A stretch of DNA of 50,379 nucleotides from an uncultured Candidatus Saccharibacteria bacterium (GTDB taxonomy: Bacteria; Patescibacteriota; Minisyncoccia; Phycocordibacterales; UBA2100): NCBI GenBank assembly GCA_964589005.1, contig CAZPQI010000002.1, positions 1 to 50,379 on the forward strand, written 5' to 3'. A program made the translations under genes and the position numbers. Below are positions 31,719 through 41,307 of the stretch, one piece after another. Position 1 is the stretch's first letter. Each line of letters opens with the position of its first letter. The notes under the pieces were generated by a model. The model saw only the letters and a list, made by a program, of their open reading frames with translations, was not told where the DNA came from and ran no database searches.

Positions 31719-33388
31719 TGACCATACAAGAAACAATTTTAAAATTAGTTCAGGACGCTCTTGCGAGTTTAGATTTGTCTGGTGAAGTGATACTTGAACA
31801 TCCGAGCGATTTAATTCACGGAGATTTTTCGTGCAATGTCGCGATGGCGCTTGCAAAAGAAATTGGAAAGAATCCAAAAGAACTCGCAGAGACAATTGTA
31901 GCTTCGCTTCCTAAGCACGAAGATATCGAAAAAGTAGAAGTCGCAGGGCCGGGATTTATAAACTTCTATTTATCTGAAAGCTTCTTTACAAATGTTACGA
32001 ATGAGGTCGTCGAAAACGAAAAAGAGTGGGGGAACACAAAGGCGAATCAGGGAAAAACAATTTTAATCGAACATAGTTCACCTAATTTATTCAAACCATT
32101 TCATATTGGGCATTTGGTAAATAACTCTCTTGGAGAATCTATTGTGCGATTAGTGCGTACAACAGGAGCCGATGTAACAGCGCTCTCGTTTCCGTCGGAT
32201 GTATCACCCGGAATTGCGAAGGCTGTATGGGCGGTGTTAGATAAGGGATGGCAGAGTGATATAACATTGGAAAAAATCGGTGAGGCGTATGTGCACGGTG
32301 TTGAGAGTTATAAAGAAAATGAGGATGCAAAAGTACAAATTGATGCAATTAACCAGTCACTGTACAACCAAGACAAAGGGACTCCTGAATGGAAAGTGTA
32401 TGAAGACGGCAGAAAGCTCTCTCTGGAATATTTTAAATATATAACGGCGAAATTAGGTTCGGAATTTAGTGAACTTATCTTTGAATCAGAGTCAGAAGTT
32501 GAGGGGAAGAAAATAGTCGCAGACAATACACCAAAAGTTTTTGAAGAATCCGACGGAGCAATTATTTTTCGTGGATCAGAACATGGGTTATTTGATAATG
32601 TATTTATTAACTCCGCAGGGTTTGGCACATACCTAGCAAAAGACATTGGCCTTTTGAGTCTTAAGTTTAAGAAATATAATTTTGATGCATCTATTACTGT
32701 TACTGATATAGAACAAAAACATCACTTTGAGTTAGTAAAAAAAGCTGCAAAATTTGTTAATCCAGAATGGGCAGAAAAATCAAATTACATACAACACGGG
32801 AGGCTGGAGCTTACGAGTGGAAAAATCTCGTCTCGCAAAGGAAATGTTCCTCTTGCCGAAGATATCATTAATTCTGTGGAGCAACGTGCAATTGAGAGAA
32901 TGAAAGAGAACGGGAAAGAAGAAGATAAAAAAATAGCGCAGCAAGTTGCCGTATCTGCAATTAAATATACAATCGTACGCGTTGGAATGGGAAAAAATAT
33001 AACGTTTGATATGGACACATCACTTTCGTTTGAGGGAGATACAGGCCCATATTTGCAATATGCGCACGCGCGGGCTCTTTCAATTTTACGTAAAGCCTCA
33101 GCAGAGGGGAGTGTATCTGATAGAGGAGGAATGTCTGTTGTAGAAATAGAGCGTCTTTTGTATCGTTTTCCGTCAATAGTTGCGCGTGCAGCAAAAGAAT
33201 ACGAGCCTCATTATGTCGCGAATTATCTTTCCGAACTTGCGAGTGCGTACAATAGTTGGTATGTGCAAGAACAAGTGCTCGACGGAAGTGATACGCAGAA
33301 TTATAAGTTGGCACTAACACAAGCCGTAGCGACGACTCTAAAGAATGGATTGTGGACTTTGGGTATAGAATCTCCTGAAAAGATGTAG
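31718..33388 (+). CDS. argS: Arginyl-tRNA synthetase
   Basis: SPNLFKPFHIGHL (HIGH), a class I fold, and a C-terminal anticodon-binding domain YLQYAHARALSIL. Confidence 0.95.
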   Translation: MTIQETILKLVQDALASLDLSGEVILEHPSDLIHGDFSCNVAMALAKEIGKNPKELAETIVASLPKHEDIEKVEVAGPGFINFYLSESFFTNVTNEVVENEKEWGNTKANQGKTILIEHSSPNLFKPFHIGHLVNNSLGESIVRLVRTTGADVTALSFPSDVSPGIAKAVWAVLDKGWQSDITLEKIGEAYVHGVESYKENEDAKVQIDAINQSLYNQDKGTPEWKVYEDGRKLSLEYFKYITAKLGSEFSELIFESESEVEGKKIVADNTPKVFEESDGAIIFRGSEHGLFDNVFINSAGFGTYLAKDIGLLSLKFKKYNFDASITVTDIEQKHHFELVKKAAKFVNPEWAEKSNYIQHGRLELTSGKISSRKGNVPLAEDIINSVEQRAIERMKENGKEEDKKIAQQVAVSAIKYTIVRVGMGKNITFDMDTSLSFEGDTGPYLQYAHARALSILRKASAEGSVSDRGGMSVVEIERLLYRFPSIVARAAKEYEPHYVANYLSELASAYNSWYVQEQVLDGSDTQNYKLALTQAVATTLKNGLWTLGIESPEKM

Positions 33389-33389
33389 T

Positions 33390-34187
33390 TTATATACGAT
33401 CTGTTTCTTTATGTAGATCTTCGTCTTTTCGTACTGCTGTAAAATAGGACGTAATTTGATCTGAGGTAATCATTCTTTGTACATGTTTTAAATTGTATTG
33501 TTCAATAAAATTATTTAAATCCTCAAAACGAAGCCGTTCAAATTTATCGTGTGTGTAGTCAGCGAATGGACTTACAGATCGAGCCTCCTCTAGCATCTTA
33601 TTGATTACTTCCACAGGGGTTTTCTCACCTCTTAGGAGGTATGCTACTCCAAAACTAAACCATCTGTCTTTTAGTTTGCCACTTCCGTCATCTTCTTCCT
33701 TTCTATTCGGGCGACCGTTTTTTTCATAATATTTGATATCGTTGTCCCAAGTTCTATTAGCAAATACTCGAATATCTGGTTTGGGAGCTTTCTCTGTTGG
33801 TTGCCTATCAAGGAAACTAAGTTGGTGCTGGAGAGTCTTTAAAGGAGTACTAGTATCATGACTAGTGTATATTCTGTCGTAGCTCGTTGTTGTTATGGAT
33901 TCACCATCAATTGGTTCGTGAAAAGATCGAATATTTTTACTTAGCTGTATATCTTTTCCGTCAAAATGTTTGTCTACGAACAGGTTGAGTGCTTCATTGT
34001 ATATATTCTTTTTGAATGGTTCTGTATGAGAGATTGCATAGTCTAGGACTTGTTTTTGTATTTGCGGGTTTCCTTGAGATAGTAAAAAACTCCAATAGAG
34101 TATTCTTTCGTATGTTTCCGCAGAGTGTTCTAGAGTTATGTCAGGTAGTTCGGGTGAGTTTCCAGGTGTTCCTTCGAGATTTTCCAT
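33390..34187 (-). CDS. Hypothetical protein (orphan, no recognisable motif)
   Basis: 265-aa ORF, by eye more AT-rich than its neighbours. It is convergent on argS, with the two stops 1 nt apart. Confidence 0.5.
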   Translation of the reverse strand: MENLEGTPGNSPELPDITLEHSAETYERILYWSFLLSQGNPQIQKQVLDYAISHTEPFKKNIYNEALNLFVDKHFDGKDIQLSKNIRSFHEPIDGESITTTSYDRIYTSHDTSTPLKTLQHQLSFLDRQPTEKAPKPDIRVFANRTWDNDIKYYEKNGRPNRKEEDDGSGKLKDRWFSFGVAYLLRGEKTPVEVINKMLEEARSVSPFADYTHDKFERLRFEDLNNFIEQYNLKHVQRMITSDQITSYFTAVRKDEDLHKETDRI

Positions 34188-34253
34188 GTTATGTAATAAT
34201 TTAGAGTAACATATACAATTATGTCAAAGATAGAACACTCTATGTAGATAACT

Positions 34254-34307
34254 CTGTGTATTAAGCTGTGTATAACTTGTGAGTAACACGTTGATAGTGG
34301 GTGTATA
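34254..34307 (+). promoter_or_regulatory. Phased TGTG(T/A)(A/G)T(A/T)A 9-mer array (iteron-like or operator-like) in a divergent promoter region
   Basis: TGTGTATTA (34254), TGTGTATAA (34266), TGTGAGTAA (34277), GGTGTATAT (34299). Spacing is 12, 11 and 22 nt. A further TGTGTATAC lies at 34608. Confidence 0.45.
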
Positions 34308-34352
34308 TTGTAGCTAGGCTAGTTTTTATGTTCATTCTTGGGAGATTTCGCT

Positions 34353-34601
34353 ATGTGCAAACCCCTGACTCCAAAAGAGCTTTTTGAGTTCCTTTGCGGA
34401 TTCTTTAAAGAGATAGGGGATACATCAGGACACCCTATCAAGGCGCTCTTAAGTAAATCGAAATTCGTATACCAATTAGACGGTGGCGATGATGATTCAA
34501 AAATTTGTGCCCGTATTGCCATGAATGTGGTTAAGAACGATGAAGAGGTTCAAGTATGGCGCGATCGGAAACTAATAGAAACTCTACGTTTTGCACACTA
34601 G
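34353..34601 (+). CDS. Hypothetical small protein
   Basis: 82-aa ORF from ATG 34353 (the track start 34338 is TTG). No motif. Confidence 0.35.
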   Translation: MCKPLTPKELFEFLCGFFKEIGDTSGHPIKALLSKSKFVYQLDGGDDDSKICARIAMNVVKNDEEVQVWRDRKLIETLRFAH

Positions 34602-34728
34602 TAACTGTGTGTATACGACTTAAGTCGTTCAACTTATTTTATATAAGTGGGCGACTTTCTCTTCATTTAACGATAGCTTATACTGTAAGTAGTTTTGTTT
34701 TTTATGACGATCGAAAAGGGGTGCCAAC

Positions 34729-35007
34729 GTGACTAAGCTAGACAATACTCATTGTGCAAGTAATGATGCACAGAGCATCGTTAGAATTTTAAAATTTCGT
34801 TTGGGGGTGGAAGAAATAGTTTATCTGTGCCCAATTAGAGACCCAGAAAAGTGGAGTATGGCGGTTTGTAAAAATGACGAAAAGAAATTGTTTGTTCTTG
34901 CAAAACGTGCTGTGAACAGAGACGCGGGGGAGAGCAGGAAAAGTGGAATTCCAAATTTTGGAATTCAGGTTTCCGATATTTCCCATAAGGATCATTTGCC
35001 AAAGTAA
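34729..35007 (+). CDS. Hypothetical small protein (GTG start)
   Basis: 92-aa ORF with no motif, followed by a hairpin. Confidence 0.3.
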   Translation: MTKLDNTHCASNDAQSIVRILKFRLGVEEIVYLCPIRDPEKWSMAVCKNDEKKLFVLAKRAVNRDAGESRKSGIPNFGIQVSDISHKDHLPK

Positions 35008-35021
35008 CAATTAGAAAATAT

Positions 35022-35054
35022 TAATACCGCACGTGCTTTATATGTGCGGTATTA
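35022..35054. terminator. Hairpin between convergent genes
   Basis: TAATACCGCAC-loop-GTGCGGTATTA. Confidence 0.6.
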
Positions 35055-35056
35055 CA

Positions 35057-35665
35057 TTATTGATTATCTAAAATACTCCAAATAGTAGTTGCAGCATAAG
35101 TACGGTACGGAGACCATTTTTTTGAAAGCGACTCGATTTTCTTTTTGTTTGGAAGCGATTTTAATTTATATATTTTTTGTATTCCTTTTTGGAGCCCTAA
35201 ATCCCCAGAAGAAAATACATCTTCGTGTCCAAGAGCGAACATAAGAAACATTTCACTGCTCCACGGACCAATACCAATAACTTTTTGAAGTTCTTCACGG
35301 GCTTCCTCATCAGTTTTTTTATGAAGCGACGAAAGGCGTAATGAACGCGCGCGTACGCGCGCACTTAAATCTCGTACTGAGCGAATCTTTGCAAACGAAA
35401 TACCACTTTCTCGTAGTTTTGTATCGTTCATTTTCAAAATTGCTGTTGCACTAGGTTTGTTGCGGGGAAAGAGTGCTCTAAACTTGTTCCAAATAGATGC
35501 CGCCGCTTTACCCGAGAGCTGTTGTCCTACAATAGTGCGACACAGACTTGCGAATAAGTCTTTTTGCACTTGTGGACCATCACGCAAGTCTCCCTTAAAC
35601 GCACGAATCGCCGCGTACAATTTTGGGTCACTTTTTTTGAAATGATTGAGCACCTTTATGTTCAT
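35057..35665 (-). CDS. HhH-GPD superfamily DNA glycosylase (AlkA / 3-methyladenine glycosylase II-like)
   Basis: IVGQQLSGKAAASIW, HhH plus GPD loop LQKVIGIGPWSSEMFLMFALGHEDVFSSGDLGLQKG. Confidence 0.8.
   Translation of the reverse strand: MNIKVLNHFKKSDPKLYAAIRAFKGDLRDGPQVQKDLFASLCRTIVGQQLSGKAAASIWNKFRALFPRNKPSATAILKMNDTKLRESGISFAKIRSVRDLSARVRARSLRLSSLHKKTDEEAREELQKVIGIGPWSSEMFLMFALGHEDVFSSGDLGLQKGIQKIYKLKSLPNKKKIESLSKKWSPYRTYAATTIWSILDNQ
35347..35362. repeat. 16-nt GC palindrome GCGCGCGTACGCGCGC inside the glycosylase CDS
   Basis: Perfect palindrome that encodes ARVRAR in frame. Confidence 0.8.
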
Positions 35666-35721
35666 GAGAAAAAGAATAGCATGTTGTGCTACATAGCCAT
35701 ATTCTGATAGGATAAGCTCTT

Positions 35722-38616
35722 ATGGCTAGCGAAAAGGAATCAAAGAAAAGCGCTGTGGCTCTGCGCGAAGAAGAAATACAGAAATTCTGGGAAGAGAATG
35801 ATATTTTCAATAAATCTGTAGAAAAGGAAGCACCAAATGGCGATTATGTTTTTTACGATGGTCCACCGTTTGCCACAGGCACACCCCACCACGGACATTT
35901 AGTCCCCAGTGTTATCAAAGACGCTATTCCTAGATATTGGACGATGCGCGGATATCGAGTTGAGCGTCAGTGGGGATGGGACTGCCACGGGTTACCGATA
36001 GAAAATATAGTTGAGAAAGAGATAGGAACTAAGAATAAAAAAGATATTGAAAAGCTGGGAGTTAAAAAATTCAACGATCTTTGTCGCGAGAAGATTTTTA
36101 CCTACGCAGACGTATGGGACAAATTCATGCCTCGCTTTGGGCGTTGGGCTGATATGAGTAAGCCCTACCGCACTATGGATAAAGATTATATGGAGAGTGA
36201 ATGGTGGGCATTCAAAACACTTTACGATAAGGGGCTTATTTACGAAGATTATCGCTCAATGCATATTTGCCCACGATGCGAAACTACACTCGCACAAAGC
36301 GAAGTAACAGAGGGTTATGAGACTATAAAAGATTTGGCCGTTACGGTAGAGTTCCCATTAAAAGATGAAGAGAGCACATCAATATTAGCTTGGACTACAA
36401 CGCCATGGACATTACCAGGGAATGTTGCGCTTGCAGTTGGGAAAGATATTGACTATGTCACCGTTGAAAAAAAAGACCTGCCTGCGCAGGCAGGCGAAGG
36501 AGACGGAAAGCTCGTTCAGTTTATCATCGCAAAAGAAGCGCTTGATAATGTTTTCGGAGAAGACGAGTATACAGTTGTTTCAGAGATGAAAGGTTCAGAG
36601 TTGGTTGGTAAAGAATATATTCCACCTTTTGATTCATACACCAACGACGAGACACTAGAAAATCGCGAGAATGCATGGAAAATATATGCTGCTGACTTTG
36701 TAACAACCGACACAGGAACTGGAATAGCACATGAAGCTCCTGCATTTGGTGCTGAAGATATGGAGCTCGCACAAGAAGTAGGGTTGCCGATGATTAAGCA
36801 CGTTGGTATGGACGGCATTATTGCTCCTGAAGTTAAAGAATTGGCAGGGCTCTCCGTAAAGCCAATTGATGACCCACAAGCGACCGATGTAGAAGTAATT
36901 AAATTCTTAGCTAAAAAAGGAATACTATTTGCAAAAGAAAAGTACGAACACTCGTATCCTCATTGTTGGCGATGCGATACACCGCTGATTAATTACGCCA
37001 TGAGTTCGTGGTTTGTTGCAGTTGAAAAGATAAAAAAAGATTTACTTACCTACGCCAAGGAAATCAACTGGTCACCGTCCCATATGAAAGAGGGGCGTTG
37101 GGGAGAATGGCTTAAAGGTGCACGTGATTGGTCAATTTCACGACAGCGCTTTTGGGCGAACACTATTCCTGTGTGGAGATGCAAAAAGTGTAAGAAAGAC
37201 CGAGTGTTTGGCTCAGCCAGTGAACTTGAAGAGGCGAGTGGAGTAGAAGTAAATGATTTGCATAAAGAAGTTGTTGATGAAATCACTGTGCCATGTGAGT
37301 GTGGTGAAGAAATGCGACGTGACCCTGATGTGCTCGACACATGGTTTAACTCAGGCTCAGTGCCGTATGCTTCATATCACTATCCTTTTGAAAACAAAGA
37401 GAAAGTAAACAAAAGGATTCCTGCTGATTTTATTGCGGAAGGACAGGACCAAGTATCCAAGTGGTTTTATTACCAACATGTATTAGGTGGAGGGCTCTTT
37501 GGTAAGCACGTATTTAAAAATGTAGTGTCTCACGGGGTAGTATTAGCAGAAGACGGTAAAAAGATGAGCAAGCGTCTTAAAAATTATTCAGATCCACAAG
37601 GAGTAATTGATAACTATGGAGCGGACGCCATTCGTTTGTACTTGCTCAACTCTCCGGTGGTGCGAGCAGAAAATCTTAATTTTTCTGAACAAGGAGTGGC
37701 TCAAGTGGCGAGTAAAGTGGGAGGGCGTTTAACTAATATATATTCGTTCTATGAGCTATACAAAGACTCGGTACCGCACGAACTAAGTGGCGACAGTACT
37801 AATGTGTTGGACAGATGGATTATAGCGAGGATGTATCAGTTACATACTGAAGTAACACGAGCAATGGATAACTATGAGCTTGAAAGGGCCACGCGGCCAC
37901 TTGGGGAATTTATTGATGACCTTTCGACGTGGTATATTCGCCGCTCTCGCGATCGACTAAAATCTGACGATGAAGAAGACAAAAAAGCGGCACTCGAAAC
38001 TATTCGCTGGGTACTGCGAAAATATGCAAAAGTAGCTGCACCGTTTACTCCATTTATTTCTGAGTGGCTTTGGGCTAGAGTTAAAGGAGAAAAAGAACCA
38101 GAGAGTATTCATTTAGCAAACTGGTGCGAAGCACGGGAAATAGATACCGAAGTGCTGGAAAAAATGAAACAAGTGCGTGGTGTAGTTTCAGCAGCGCTTG
38201 AAAAACGGGCAGAGGCAAATATAAAAGTACGACAGCCACTCGCGTTACTCAAAATCCGAAATTCTAAATCCGAAATTCTAAACGACGAAGAACTTAAACA
38301 ATTGGTACTAGATGAAGTGAATGTAAAGAAGGTGGCGTTTGACGGGAGTATTACTGATGAAGTCGAAATAGATACAAATATTACACCTGAACTAAAAGAA
38401 GAGGGGGATGTACGAGAACTTATTCGTACCATACAAAGTGCGCGGAAAGAAAACGGACTCAATGCAGGGGACGCAGCGCGTGGGGTTATTTCTGGCTCAG
38501 TCGAAACTCTTGAGCTTGCAGTTAAGTTCGCCAACGAAATTGAAAAACAAACCTTGGTGACTGTTGAAAAAGGTGAAGAGCAAGAAGAAACGCTGATGGA
38601 AATCACAAAAAATTAA
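35722..38616 (+). CDS. ileS: Isoleucyl-tRNA synthetase
   Basis: PPFATGTPHHGHL (HIGH), CP1 editing-domain motif WTTTPWTLPGN, and KMSKRLKN (KMSKS). Confidence 0.95.
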   Translation: MASEKESKKSAVALREEEIQKFWEENDIFNKSVEKEAPNGDYVFYDGPPFATGTPHHGHLVPSVIKDAIPRYWTMRGYRVERQWGWDCHGLPIENIVEKEIGTKNKKDIEKLGVKKFNDLCREKIFTYADVWDKFMPRFGRWADMSKPYRTMDKDYMESEWWAFKTLYDKGLIYEDYRSMHICPRCETTLAQSEVTEGYETIKDLAVTVEFPLKDEESTSILAWTTTPWTLPGNVALAVGKDIDYVTVEKKDLPAQAGEGDGKLVQFIIAKEALDNVFGEDEYTVVSEMKGSELVGKEYIPPFDSYTNDETLENRENAWKIYAADFVTTDTGTGIAHEAPAFGAEDMELAQEVGLPMIKHVGMDGIIAPEVKELAGLSVKPIDDPQATDVEVIKFLAKKGILFAKEKYEHSYPHCWRCDTPLINYAMSSWFVAVEKIKKDLLTYAKEINWSPSHMKEGRWGEWLKGARDWSISRQRFWANTIPVWRCKKCKKDRVFGSASELEEASGVEVNDLHKEVVDEITVPCECGEEMRRDPDVLDTWFNSGSVPYASYHYPFENKEKVNKRIPADFIAEGQDQVSKWFYYQHVLGGGLFGKHVFKNVVSHGVVLAEDGKKMSKRLKNYSDPQGVIDNYGADAIRLYLLNSPVVRAENLNFSEQGVAQVASKVGGRLTNIYSFYELYKDSVPHELSGDSTNVLDRWIIARMYQLHTEVTRAMDNYELERATRPLGEFIDDLSTWYIRRSRDRLKSDDEEDKKAALETIRWVLRKYAKVAAPFTPFISEWLWARVKGEKEPESIHLANWCEAREIDTEVLEKMKQVRGVVSAALEKRAEANIKVRQPLALLKIRNSKSEILNDEELKQLVLDEVNVKKVAFDGSITDEVEIDTNITPELKEEGDVRELIRTIQSARKENGLNAGDAARGVISGSVETLELAVKFANEIEKQTLVTVEKGEEQEETLMEITKN
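36477..36494. repeat. 18-nt perfect GC-rich palindrome CCTGCCTGCGCAGGCAGG in frame within ileS
   Basis: Read directly from the sequence. It encodes LPAQAG. The same 9-nt arms recur in glyQS at 41664-41699. Confidence 0.95.
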
Positions 38617-38621
38617 ACATC

Positions 38622-39194
38622 ATGGCACACGAAGTGTATACAACTGAAGCTATTGTCTTGAGTAGTACTGGAGTGCAAGATGCCGACAAATTGTTTTGGT
38701 TATTAACAAAGGACTTGGGTTTGCTATTTGTGAGTGCAAAAAGTGTGCGCGAAGAGACCTCTAAATTACGCTATTCGTTACAAGATTTGTCACTTGTACG
38801 AGTTTCACTTGTGCGCGGACGCGGACTTTGGCGTTTAACGGGAGCTGAAGAAAATGGCGAGACAGCATTGGAGTTGCACGACTCAAAAGTATTTGGGCGC
38901 GTTGCTGCACTTGTGCGGCGACTTGTTCCGACCGACGAAAAAAATTCAGATATCTTTACACTTATACGTGGTGCTCGCAGTGCGCTGTTCACACAGGCAG
39001 GAACTGCTGAAAGCATCGAAACACTCACAGTTGCACGTATGTTGTACAGGTTGGGTTATTTGGATTGTAAAGATGCATATCGAGGAGTTGTAGATACTAT
39101 TCATTTTGACAGTGCAGTGATACAAAATGCAGAAGCACTTGTGCAGAAGCTCATCCACGACATTAACGATGGATTAACCGAGAGTCAGTTGTAA
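38622..39194 (+). CDS. recO: RecO-like DNA repair protein (short form)
   Basis: N-terminal OB-fold pattern: EAIVLSS....DADKLFWLLTKDLGLLFVSAKSVRE..SKLRYSLQ. It is 190 aa and has no zinc-finger Cys. Confidence 0.6.
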   Translation: MAHEVYTTEAIVLSSTGVQDADKLFWLLTKDLGLLFVSAKSVREETSKLRYSLQDLSLVRVSLVRGRGLWRLTGAEENGETALELHDSKVFGRVAALVRRLVPTDEKNSDIFTLIRGARSALFTQAGTAESIETLTVARMLYRLGYLDCKDAYRGVVDTIHFDSAVIQNAEALVQKLIHDINDGLTESQL

Positions 39195-39213
39195 GAGTGG
39201 TATACTTTTTTAT

Positions 39214-41178
39214 ATGGAAACTGACGGAATACAACCTCCGCAAAAGAACAACGAACCAAAAACCCCCACATTTGAAGACCCGGGGCGTATTGGCAACTTA
39301 AAAGAGCAGATGTATTCTCGAGGTACGCAGCCACAAGCGCGTCCACGGCGACCACTCACATCTCTTGATAGAGAAACTCCGCAAGAATGGCAAGAGCCAC
39401 CTATACCTCCTAAAAAAGAACCAATGCTGCCGAGTTCGCATTCATTGCCAAGTATATTGTTGATTATTTCTGTATTAGTTTTTGTGATAGCAGGAGGAGT
39501 AGCAATTTCTTTTTTTATTTCAGGGGCAAACGTAGTTACATCTAACAAAATCGATATTTCGATTAATGGGCCGCGAACTATTGATGGTGGAGAAATTCTT
39601 GAATTACAAGTGGCTGTGCGCAATAACAACAGTGCAACACTGGATCTTGCCGATTTGGTTATTACATACCCGCCCGGAACTCGAGTGCCAACAAACCTCG
39701 CTCTTTCTATGGAAGACCAAAGAATTCCGCTAGGTTCAATAGAGCCTGGAGGAACTCGTAACGGTACGGTTCGCGGAGTTTTATTTGGTAGGAATGGAGA
39801 ATATCAAGATATACAAGTGGCACTCGAGTATCGGCTGAAAGGCTCGAATGCGGTGTTCTTTGCTGAAGCAAAACATACAATACTGGTTTCTTCGGGAACC
39901 TTAGATATTTCGGTGAATGCAAAAGACGAAGTAGTAGCAGGGCAGAATGTTGATATGACCGCAACTATCACTTCGAATGCAAAGACCACAGTTAACGATG
40001 TGGTTCTACGAGTCACGTATCCCTTTGGTTTTGAAGTTATAAGTACATCTCCAGAAACTCAGTCGAATGGTTTTTGGAACCTCGGTAATATGGAGCCTAG
40101 TGAGGCAAGAATAGTGAGAATTGTAGGAACCATTGATGGGCAAACAGGAGATTCGAGAGTTTTTAAATTTTCAACAGGAACACGTAAAAATTCGGAATCC
40201 ACGCTCGTAGATGTGGTACTCGCAGATTTTGAAAAAAAGGTTACGGTTACCAGGCCATTTTTGGGTATGTCGCTTTCATACGCGAAACTTTCTTCTGAAG
40301 ACTATGTGGCTCGTATAGGGAAGTCGGTTCCTATTGAACTTTCATGGATAAACAATCTCGACGTGTCCCTTTCCGATGTTGTTGTAGCGGCGACAGTGAG
40401 CGGATCTGCATTTGATCCATTTGGTATTTCTGCCAACCTTGGTTTTTATCGCTCAATAGACTCGGTTGTGTTGTGGGATAAAACAACAACAAAAGGGGCA
40501 TTGGCCATAATTCCTGGCGGGCAAGATGGTACGCTTTCTATGCAACTTACTCCAAATCTTCTTGACAACGCACCTTTTGTTATCGACCCAACAATTAAAA
40601 TTGAATTGCACGCAGCAGGGCAACAACTTTCAGCGGGAAGTGTACCCGAAACTATTCAGGCAACAGTAAGCGAAGAAATTAAAGTTGCAACCAACGCGGG
40701 ATTTTCTGGCAGGGCGCTCTATTTTGAAAATCCACTTGGCAGTGTTGGTCCGCTACCGCCAAAAATTGAAAACGAAACAACATACGGAATTTTATGGGAG
40801 ATTTCTAATACTACGAGTTTGGTGCGTGATGTAAAAATTACTGCAGTATTACCTCCGTATGTGCGTTGGCTAGGTACCGTGAGTCCGTCTGTCGAAAATG
40901 TAACCTTCAATGCGAATGATGGGACGATAACGTGGCATGTTGGGAAACTATTACCTAAAACAGGAGTGCGAGGTACATTGCCACGACGCGTCGTGTTCTC
41001 TATTGGTTTAGTGCCAAGTACAAGCCAGGTAGGGAAAGAGCCCGATTTGATTTTGAATCAAAAGTTGGTAGGGATAGATAACTTCGTAGAAGTGCCAGTT
41101 AGCATCACTCTCAACAACTTAACAACTATCTTAGATGAGGCTGATTTTGCGAATGTTTATGGCACCGTGGTGAAGTAA
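39214..41178 (+). CDS. Large hypothetical bitopic surface protein
   Basis: Pro-rich cytoplasmic N-terminus, a single TM (ILLIISVLVFVIAGGVAISFFI), and about 540 aa of extracytoplasmic sequence that looks beta-rich. No catalytic motif. Confidence 0.6.
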   Translation: METDGIQPPQKNNEPKTPTFEDPGRIGNLKEQMYSRGTQPQARPRRPLTSLDRETPQEWQEPPIPPKKEPMLPSSHSLPSILLIISVLVFVIAGGVAISFFISGANVVTSNKIDISINGPRTIDGGEILELQVAVRNNNSATLDLADLVITYPPGTRVPTNLALSMEDQRIPLGSIEPGGTRNGTVRGVLFGRNGEYQDIQVALEYRLKGSNAVFFAEAKHTILVSSGTLDISVNAKDEVVAGQNVDMTATITSNAKTTVNDVVLRVTYPFGFEVISTSPETQSNGFWNLGNMEPSEARIVRIVGTIDGQTGDSRVFKFSTGTRKNSESTLVDVVLADFEKKVTVTRPFLGMSLSYAKLSSEDYVARIGKSVPIELSWINNLDVSLSDVVVAATVSGSAFDPFGISANLGFYRSIDSVVLWDKTTTKGALAIIPGGQDGTLSMQLTPNLLDNAPFVIDPTIKIELHAAGQQLSAGSVPETIQATVSEEIKVATNAGFSGRALYFENPLGSVGPLPPKIENETTYGILWEISNTTSLVRDVKITAVLPPYVRWLGTVSPSVENVTFNANDGTITWHVGKLLPKTGVRGTLPRRVVFSIGLVPSTSQVGKEPDLILNQKLVGIDNFVEVPVSITLNNLTTILDEADFANVYGTVVK

Positions 41179-41307
41179 TGTATGTTGCTGCGCTATAAAG
41201 TAATTGTTGGTATAGTAGCCCCATGATAAATACAGATGGCACCACAATGGATCCCGTTAGAAGTCGCGAGCGTCTAAGGTTCTTCTTATATAATAAATCT
41301 TACTAAA

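Noticed and set aside
40982-40995. 14-nt perfect palindrome CACGACGCGTCGTG inside the 654-aa surface protein gene, plus smaller ones (TTGCGGCACGCCGCAA at about 8056-8071; CGCGCACCTACGTGCGCG in murE at about 2803-2820).
   Set aside because: Arms of 7 bp are expected a few times by chance in 50 kb, and these do not share sequence with the larger in-frame palindromes.
41179-41307. Leaders of glyQS, metG (46031-46163) and ileS were examined for T-box riboswitches.
   Set aside because: I could find no T-box consensus, no specifier-loop and antiterminator arrangement, and the leaders are short.
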